From contig CP059204.1 in assembly GCA_014251975.1 (NCBI GenBank), forward strand, positions 479,066 to 511,065: a DNA stretch of 32,000 nt, written 5' to 3'. Of the stretch, positions 26,048-32,000 are shown in pieces. The notes below the pieces were generated by a model. It saw nothing but the letters and a program-made list of their open reading frames with translations, was not told the origin of the DNA and ran no database searches. Source of the stretch: Blattabacterium cuenoti. Its GTDB lineage: Bacteria > Bacteroidota > Bacteroidia > Flavobacteriales > Blattabacteriaceae. Position numbers and translations under genes: made by a program. Each line of letters begins with the position of its first letter. The first letter of the stretch is position 1.

Positions 26048-26377
26048 TTAAAAAGAAAAACTTTTACCACATCCACAAGTATGTTTAGAATTTGGATTTT
26101 TAAAATAAAAACCTTTACCGTTTAATCCATCAGAATATTTTAAAATTGTTCCTTTTAAGTAAGGCATACTGTCTTTATCTATTAAAATCATAATATTTTT
26201 ATCTTTAAATAAATTATCTTCTTCATTTTTTTCTTTTTCAAAAGTTAATTGATAAGACATTCCAGAACATCCACTATTTTTAACTCCAAATCTTATGAAA
26301 GATATATTTTTATAAATTCCTTCTTTTTTCATAATAGAAATTAATTTATTTTTAGCAGTTTCAGATATAAATACCAT
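26048..26377 (-). CDS. sufA: Iron-sulfur cluster insertion/carrier protein (A-type, SufA/IscA/ErpA family)
   Basis: 109 aa with an internal GCSG cysteine and the C-terminal CGCGKSF motif. It is the first gene of the suf cluster. Confidence 0.88.
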   Translation of the reverse strand: MVFISETAKNKLISIMKKEGIYKNISFIRFGVKNSGCSGMSYQLTFEKEKNEEDNLFKDKNIMILIDKDSMPYLKGTILKYSDGLNGKGFYFKNPNSKHTCGCGKSFSF

Positions 26378-26425
26378 ATTATTATTTTTTTTTTTAAATA
26401 TAAAATAAATATAATAAAATCATAA

Positions 26426-27319
26426 TTATATTTTAATATAATTATCTTTTTTTTTTGATAAAAAAATTAATAAAATACCAAATATAATAAATGGTATACT
26501 TAACAATTGTCCAGTATTTAATTTAAAAAAATTTATAAATTCATTTTCTTGTGGTTCTTTAAGAAATTCTAATAAAAAACGAGAAACCCATGAAAAAGAA
26601 AAAAACATCCCTGTTAATAATCCTTCATGATTTTTTTTTTTATTTTTATGATAAGTATAAAAAAGTAACATAAAAATAGAAAAATATATTATAGATTCAT
26701 ATATTTGTGTAGGATGTCTAGGTATCATTTTGTTACCATGTTTTGAATTCATTTGTAAAAATCTTACACACCAAAAAAAATTACATGGTCTACCAATTAT
26801 TTCAGAATTAAAAAAATTTCCAATTCTTATTAAAGATGCAGATAATATTGTTGGTATACATAATCTATCACATATCCAAATAAAAGATTTTTCTTTTATA
26901 AATTTTTTATTATATAAAAAATTAGATAAAAGGATACCTATAGCAGCACCATGACTAGATAGACCCTGATATCCAACAAATTTATATCCATCTATTAATC
27001 CAAATAAACAATAATTATTATTTTCTTTAATAGGCAATACTGCCTCTATTAAGTGATTTGAAAAATATGAAAAATCATAAAAAATAATTTCACCTAATCT
27101 TGCTCCTAAAAGTGTACCAAAAAAAGTATATCTTAACAAAGGATGTAAAAACTCTACATCTATTCCATCACTTTTATACATATATCTTATTATTTCCCAT
27201 CCTGTAACAAAAGAAATTATAAACATTAAACTATAAATATATATATATAATCCGTTCAATAAACATATTCTGTAAATAGGGCTCCAAGAAATATAAAATA
27301 CATTATCAATAAATATCAT
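26426..27319 (-). CDS. lgt: Prolipoprotein diacylglyceryl transferase
   Basis: Multi-TM protein with YSLMFIISFVTGW, GARLGEIIFY and RHPTQIYES motifs. The preferred start is ATG at 27317-27319. The ORF-track start at 27343 is a GTG adding 8 residues. Confidence 0.88.
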   Translation of the reverse strand: MIFIDNVFYISWSPIYRICLLNGLYIYIYSLMFIISFVTGWEIIRYMYKSDGIDVEFLHPLLRYTFFGTLLGARLGEIIFYDFSYFSNHLIEAVLPIKENNNYCLFGLIDGYKFVGYQGLSSHGAAIGILLSNFLYNKKFIKEKSFIWICDRLCIPTILSASLIRIGNFFNSEIIGRPCNFFWCVRFLQMNSKHGNKMIPRHPTQIYESIIYFSIFMLLFYTYHKNKKKNHEGLLTGMFFSFSWVSRFLLEFLKEPQENEFINFFKLNTGQLLSIPFIIFGILLIFLSKKKDNYIKI

Positions 27320-27467
27320 AATTTTTAAATAAGGTGATAACACCTAAAACTATTCCATAGATAATATTTTATAATTATTAAAATTATATATATAATATGT
27401 AATATACTATAATACAGTATGTTATATTTATAATAAATTTTAAAAAATGTTAAAATAATACATTTAA

Positions 27468-29726
27468 TTATTTATTTCTAATAAAATTTAAAGAAGATCC
27501 AAATTTAAACCATTTAATTTGTGTGTAATTATAAGTATGTTTAGTTATAATTCTTTCTATTTTTCCATTATTATGTATTATATCTACTTTTATATTTTTA
27601 TTGGTACTAAATTTTTTTATATAAAAATTAAGTAAATCTTTTTCTTGAATTTTATTATAATCTTCTGGATTGTCAAATGTTAAAGATAATATACCTTGTT
27701 TCTTCAAATTAGTTTCGTGTATTCTAGAAAAAGATTTAACAAGTACTACTTTTACTCCTAAAAAACGTGGCTCCATAGCTGCATGTTCTCTAGAAGATCC
27801 TTCTCCGTAATTTTCTTCTCCAACTATTAATGTTGGAATTTTTTTACATTTATAAAATTTCGCCATTTCTGGTACAGTTACATATTCATTTTTAAATATA
27901 TTTTTTACTTTATTAGCTTTATTGTTAAAAAAGTTAATTGCTCTAATTAATAAATTTTCGGATATAGCTTCTAAATGTCCTCTATATTTCAACCATGGAC
28001 CAGCCATAGATATATGATCAGTAGTACATTTTCCTTTTGTTTTAATTAATAGTCTAACGTTATATATATTTTCTCCGTCCCATGATGTGAAAGGTTCTAG
28101 AATTTGAATACGTTTTGAATTTTTATTTATTTTTACTTTTATATTTTTTGATGGACCTAAAGGTTTTATATATCCTATACATTTAAAATTTTTTGATTTA
28201 TTAAAATTAGATGATGTAGGTTCTTCAAATTTTACATATTTACCTAACTTATTTTTTAAATAATCTTTTCTTGGATCAAATGATAAATCTCCAGAAAAAG
28301 ATAAAGCGGTAACTATTTCTGGAGAAGCAATAAAAGCATATGTATTTGGATTACCATCATTTCTTGATGAAAAATTTCTATTAAAAGAATGAATAATAGT
28401 ATTTTTTTTGTATTTTTCAATATTTCTGTCCCATTGTCCTATACAAGGACCACAAGCATTAGAAAATATAGTTGCTCCAACATTTTTAAAACAATTTATA
28501 AAATTCATTTTATTTAATAAAAAAGATATTCTTTTAGAACCAGGAGTAACTATATATTTAGAATTCATTTCTAAATTTTTTTTGTTTGCTTGTTTAATAA
28601 TTGATATAGATTTTGATAAATCTTCATAAGAAGAATTAGTACATGAACCTACCAAACCAACTTCTATTTTTTTTGGCCAATTATTTTTTATTATTTTTTT
28701 CTTCATATTAGATATAGGTGTCGCTTTATCTGGAGAAAATGGTCCATTTATGTAAGGTTCTAAAGTAGATAAATCTATTTCTATAACATTATCATAGTAA
28801 TTTTGTGGATTTTGATATATTTCATTATCTGCTTGTAATAATTTTTTTATATTATTTGATACTATAATATTATTTATTTTATTTCTACCATTATCGTATA
28901 AATAATGTTTTATTTGATCATCATATGGAAATATAGATGAAGTTGCACCTAATTCAGCACCCATATTGCATATAGTTGCCTTTCCTGTACAAGAAATATT
29001 TTTTGTACCATCTCCAAAATATTCAATTATTGAATTTTTTGCACCCATAACACCAATAATTCCAGATAATTTTAATATTATATCTTTTGGTGCTGTCCAC
29101 CCATTTATTTTTCCTTTTAAACAAACTCCAAAAATTTTTTGAGATTTTAATTCAAAAGGATATCCAGACATAATTTCGGCTGCTTCAGAACCACCTACTC
29201 CTATTGCTAACATACCAATACCTCCTGCATTAGGGGTATGTGAATCAGTTCCAACCATCATACCTCCCGGAAATGCATAATTTTCTAATATTATTTGATG
29301 AATAATACCAGAACCAGGACTCCAAAATCCTATTCCATATTTATTAGATGCTGATTTTAAAAAATCATATATTTCCTTATTTTCTTTTATAGAATTTTTT
29401 AAATCTATTTTATAACCATCTTTAGCATATATAAGGTGATCACAATGAATTGTAGTAGGGACAAGTGAATTATTTTTTTTAGTTTGCATAAATTGCAACA
29501 AGCTCATTTGAGCTGTAGCATCCTGCATAGCAATACGATCTATAAAATAATTTATAAAATTATCATTATTTTTTTTTTTGTATTTTAATTCTTTTAAATC
29601 AAAAATATGACTATACAAAATTTTTTCTGAATAAGTCATTGGATGATTTATAAATGATCTAACTTTATCAAGTTTACATCTAAAATTAGAATAAAATTTT
29701 TGAATTTTATCAAAATCAAAAATCAT
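27468..29726 (-). CDS. acnA: Aconitate hydratase (about 750 aa, mitochondrial-like type)
   Basis: 752 aa. It has VGTDSHTPNAGG, VGSCTNSSYED and NACGPCIGQW (cluster-ligand cysteine motifs), plus the swivel domain GENYGEGSSREHAA. Confidence 0.95.
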   Translation of the reverse strand: MIFDFDKIQKFYSNFRCKLDKVRSFINHPMTYSEKILYSHIFDLKELKYKKKNNDNFINYFIDRIAMQDATAQMSLLQFMQTKKNNSLVPTTIHCDHLIYAKDGYKIDLKNSIKENKEIYDFLKSASNKYGIGFWSPGSGIIHQIILENYAFPGGMMVGTDSHTPNAGGIGMLAIGVGGSEAAEIMSGYPFELKSQKIFGVCLKGKINGWTAPKDIILKLSGIIGVMGAKNSIIEYFGDGTKNISCTGKATICNMGAELGATSSIFPYDDQIKHYLYDNGRNKINNIIVSNNIKKLLQADNEIYQNPQNYYDNVIEIDLSTLEPYINGPFSPDKATPISNMKKKIIKNNWPKKIEVGLVGSCTNSSYEDLSKSISIIKQANKKNLEMNSKYIVTPGSKRISFLLNKMNFINCFKNVGATIFSNACGPCIGQWDRNIEKYKKNTIIHSFNRNFSSRNDGNPNTYAFIASPEIVTALSFSGDLSFDPRKDYLKNKLGKYVKFEEPTSSNFNKSKNFKCIGYIKPLGPSKNIKVKINKNSKRIQILEPFTSWDGENIYNVRLLIKTKGKCTTDHISMAGPWLKYRGHLEAISENLLIRAINFFNNKANKVKNIFKNEYVTVPEMAKFYKCKKIPTLIVGEENYGEGSSREHAAMEPRFLGVKVVLVKSFSRIHETNLKKQGILSLTFDNPEDYNKIQEKDLLNFYIKKFSTNKNIKVDIIHNNGKIERIITKHTYNYTQIKWFKFGSSLNFIRNK

Positions 29727-29742
29727 AACTTTATTATAATAT

Positions 29743-30519
29743 TTATTTTTTTTTTAGAAAAATACATATTTCTTTATAAAAATCTGTTGGATTGTCTATA
29801 TGTATCCAATGATCTGATTTTTTTATAGTTAATATTTTTGATTTTGGAAATATTTTTTTTATAATAATAAAATCTTCTAATACTAAATAGTCTGATTTTT
29901 CTCCTTTTAAAAATAAAGAAGGCCCATTATATTTACCTAATGTTATTTTAGCATTTATTAAATAATTATAATTTTTTTCAATAGCATTTAAATTAAATAA
30001 AAAACGTAATTTCCCTCCTGAATTTTTTTTTGTGCATTTAGAAATAAAAAATATTATTCTAATATCATTAATTAATGGTTTTAAAAAATTGTTTAGATCA
30101 TTTCTAGATTTAATTATGTTGAAATTAACTTTTTTTAAAATTGGAATAATATTTATTATATTATGATATTTTTTAGGTGCTATATCTACAATTATTATTT
30201 TATATGGTATCATAGGGTATTTAATAGAAAAATTCATTACCAACTTACCTCCAATAGAATGTCCAATTAATATAGGCTTATATATTTTATAATATTTAAT
30301 ATAATTAATTATATCAATTGCCATTAAATCATAATTCATGTTGTTAGAGTAAAAACTTAACCCATGATTCCTTATATCTAACAAATGTATTTTGTAATAT
30401 TTAGACATTTTATTAGCAATAGATATCCAATTACTACCATTTCCAAATAAACCATGAAAAATTAATATATTAATTTTATTATGTTTACCTAATATATTAG
30501 AATACAATATATTATTCAT
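29743..30519 (-). CDS. Alpha/beta-fold hydrolase (YbfF-like esterase)
   Basis: 258 aa with ILIFHGLFGNGSNW, the nucleophile elbow LIGHSIGG and a C-terminal SDHWIHIDNP (catalytic His region). Confidence 0.8.
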   Translation of the reverse strand: MNNILYSNILGKHNKINILIFHGLFGNGSNWISIANKMSKYYKIHLLDIRNHGLSFYSNNMNYDLMAIDIINYIKYYKIYKPILIGHSIGGKLVMNFSIKYPMIPYKIIIVDIAPKKYHNIINIIPILKKVNFNIIKSRNDLNNFLKPLINDIRIIFFISKCTKKNSGGKLRFLFNLNAIEKNYNYLINAKITLGKYNGPSLFLKGEKSDYLVLEDFIIIKKIFPKSKILTIKKSDHWIHIDNPTDFYKEICIFLKKK

Positions 30520-30636
30520 TTAATTTTAAATTATATTGTTTAATTTAAAATTATGAATATATAGTAAATTATTCATCATTTAAAATAAATTAAAATAAAA
30601 ATTTATATACTAATTAATACAAGAAAATAATTAATT

Positions 30637-31869
30637 TTATAATAACTTCGTATATGTTGTAGTATATGTAATCTCTAAATTAAATTCTTTTGAAATCGTT
30701 AATAAATGGTCTAAAATATTTGATTTTATATTTTCATATATAGATGATTCAGAAGTTTTTGTAAAACAATATAATTCTATAGGTAACCCATATGGTTTTA
30801 TATCTAAATACCTTACCATTAAGGTCTCTGATTTTGATATTTGAGAATGATTAATTAGATATTCTAATGCATATTGACGAAATAATTCAATATTAGTAAA
30901 TTTTTTATCTTTAATAAATTTATTTAATTCATTTTTCTTTTGTTTTTTTTCAATATAATGTTTTATTAAAAAAAAAGTTTTAAATTTTTTTAGTTCTTTT
31001 TTTTCACAAAAAGAAAATGATTGTATATTAAATAATATAGATTTTTTAATACGTCTTAAATTTTTTTTACGCATTTGTTCAAAGTTCACTATAGCATTAG
31101 AAATCAAATCATAAGTTGGCAAATGAGTAACAGTTTTATCAAAATTTTCTAACTTTGAAGAAACAAGATTAATTTCAATTACAGTACCCTCTATTTTATA
31201 TTTTGGAATTCCAATCCAATCTCCTACTTTTATCATTTTATTAGAAGCCATTTGAATTCCTGAAACAAATCCTAAAATTATATCTTTAAAAACTAATATT
31301 ACTACCGCTGTAATAGCACCTAAACTAGTTAATATTGTAAATAAATCATATTTAGTTAAAATAGCTATTACTATTAATATGCAAAATATTATTGATATTA
31401 CTTTTAATAATTGAAAAAATGAATGTACTGCTATTGTTTTGTGATCATCTTTAATCGCATTTATTGTTATCTTCATAATAGAATTGATAACCCTAGTTAA
31501 AAATTTAAATAGTATTACTACTAATAAAATATTAAATATTTTTTCAAAAAAAATAAAATTTACATTATAATTATAAAAAAATATTTTAAATAATACAAAA
31601 CCAATAAATAATGTAAAAAAAATTATTATACTATCAAAAACTCTATTTTTATATAGTATATAAATACAATTTATCCCACCAAGAATATTTTTTATTACGA
31701 ATCGAACACTTTTTTTTAAAGTTAATTCTATAATTTTGCAAAATAAAATTAAACATATAATCTTAATGATTATTGTAATGAGACTGAATAGCCATATTTT
31801 CCAATTTAAAACATTATTAAAAAATTTATAAAATTCTTGAATATGAAAAATTATAATTGATATTTTCAT
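30637..31869 (-). CDS. Mechanosensitive ion channel family protein (MscS-like)
   Basis: Multi-TM N-terminal half followed by KVGDWIGIPKYKIEGTVIEINLVSSKLENFDKTVTHLPTYDLISNAIVNF, the MscS beta-domain signature. The preferred start is ATG at 31867-31869. The ORF-track start at 31905 is a TTG adding 12 residues. Confidence 0.85.
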   Translation of the reverse strand: MKISIIIFHIQEFYKFFNNVLNWKIWLFSLITIIIKIICLILFCKIIELTLKKSVRFVIKNILGGINCIYILYKNRVFDSIIIFFTLFIGFVLFKIFFYNYNVNFIFFEKIFNILLVVILFKFLTRVINSIMKITINAIKDDHKTIAVHSFFQLLKVISIIFCILIVIAILTKYDLFTILTSLGAITAVVILVFKDIILGFVSGIQMASNKMIKVGDWIGIPKYKIEGTVIEINLVSSKLENFDKTVTHLPTYDLISNAIVNFEQMRKKNLRRIKKSILFNIQSFSFCEKKELKKFKTFFLIKHYIEKKQKKNELNKFIKDKKFTNIELFRQYALEYLINHSQISKSETLMVRYLDIKPYGLPIELYCFTKTSESSIYENIKSNILDHLLTISKEFNLEITYTTTYTKLL

Positions 31870-32000
31870 GAAAAAATTAAAATTACTGTTAATAATAAAA
31901 ATCAATAATTTATTATAATTATTATTTGTTAATTACTATTATTTTTAATATTAAAATAATTATTAAAATAATTTTATTCAATTTTAAATTTTATAATTTT

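Noticed and set aside
30553-30576. Inverted repeat ATGAATA-N10-TATTCAT downstream of the MscS-like gene, and a weak hairpin near 27395-27420 downstream of acnA
   Set aside because: The stems are short and AU-only, the loops are large, and no clear U-tract follows on the transcribed strand. They cannot be distinguished from chance palindromes in this composition.
1-32000. Search for mobile elements, prophage, defence islands, toxin-antitoxin pairs, secondary-metabolite clusters or recoded stop codons
   Set aside because: Every ORF of 60 codons or more that is not antisense noise has a clear housekeeping assignment. No integrase, transposase or recombinase motifs, terminal inverted repeats or compositional islands are present, apart from conserved genes and tRNAs. 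All genes read through with the standard bacterial code.

Overview
This is a very AT-rich, tightly packed chromosome segment. Hand-counted stretches run about 12-20% G+C. Gene content and order suggest a genome-reduced Flavobacteriales (Bacteroidota) insect endosymbiont, most plausibly Blattabacterium-like; that organism call is inference. Supporting markers are a long SecA preceded by a DUF2795 gene, a roughly 750-aa mitochondrial-type aconitase, sufA-B-C-D-S, HU, a CPBP protease and a stand-alone HsdR_N protein. I can support 31 protein-coding genes. One of them, fmt, is frameshifted. rpmH is missing from the supplied ORF track because it has only 50 codons. I also support one candidate 27-codon membrane peptide, four tRNAs that lack an encoded CCA, one hairpin terminator and one perfect tandem-repeat array. 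All functions are housekeeping: secretion, translation, Fe-S assembly, partial TCA/glycolysis and envelope. I see no transposase, integrase, phage gene, CRISPR array, restriction-modification system, toxin-antitoxin pair or other defence or accessory module. I therefore cannot support a novel multi-gene system in this window. Points worth a second look: (1) fmt is broken inside a T11-A7 homopolymer. (2) A mismatch-free 3x44 bp + 2x33 bp tandem array sits in the divergent DUF2795-secA / fmt promoter region. (3) The small acidic DUF2795 gene is a compositional island of strong conservation. (4) PheT has a clean internal deletion of its tRNA-binding domain. (5) sanA has a conserved N-terminal half with no ATG, GTG or TTG start. 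(6) Two noncoding gaps are unusually long for this genome. (7) A PD-(D/E)xK HsdR_N-only protein is retained. (8) Several tRNAs have weakened stems.
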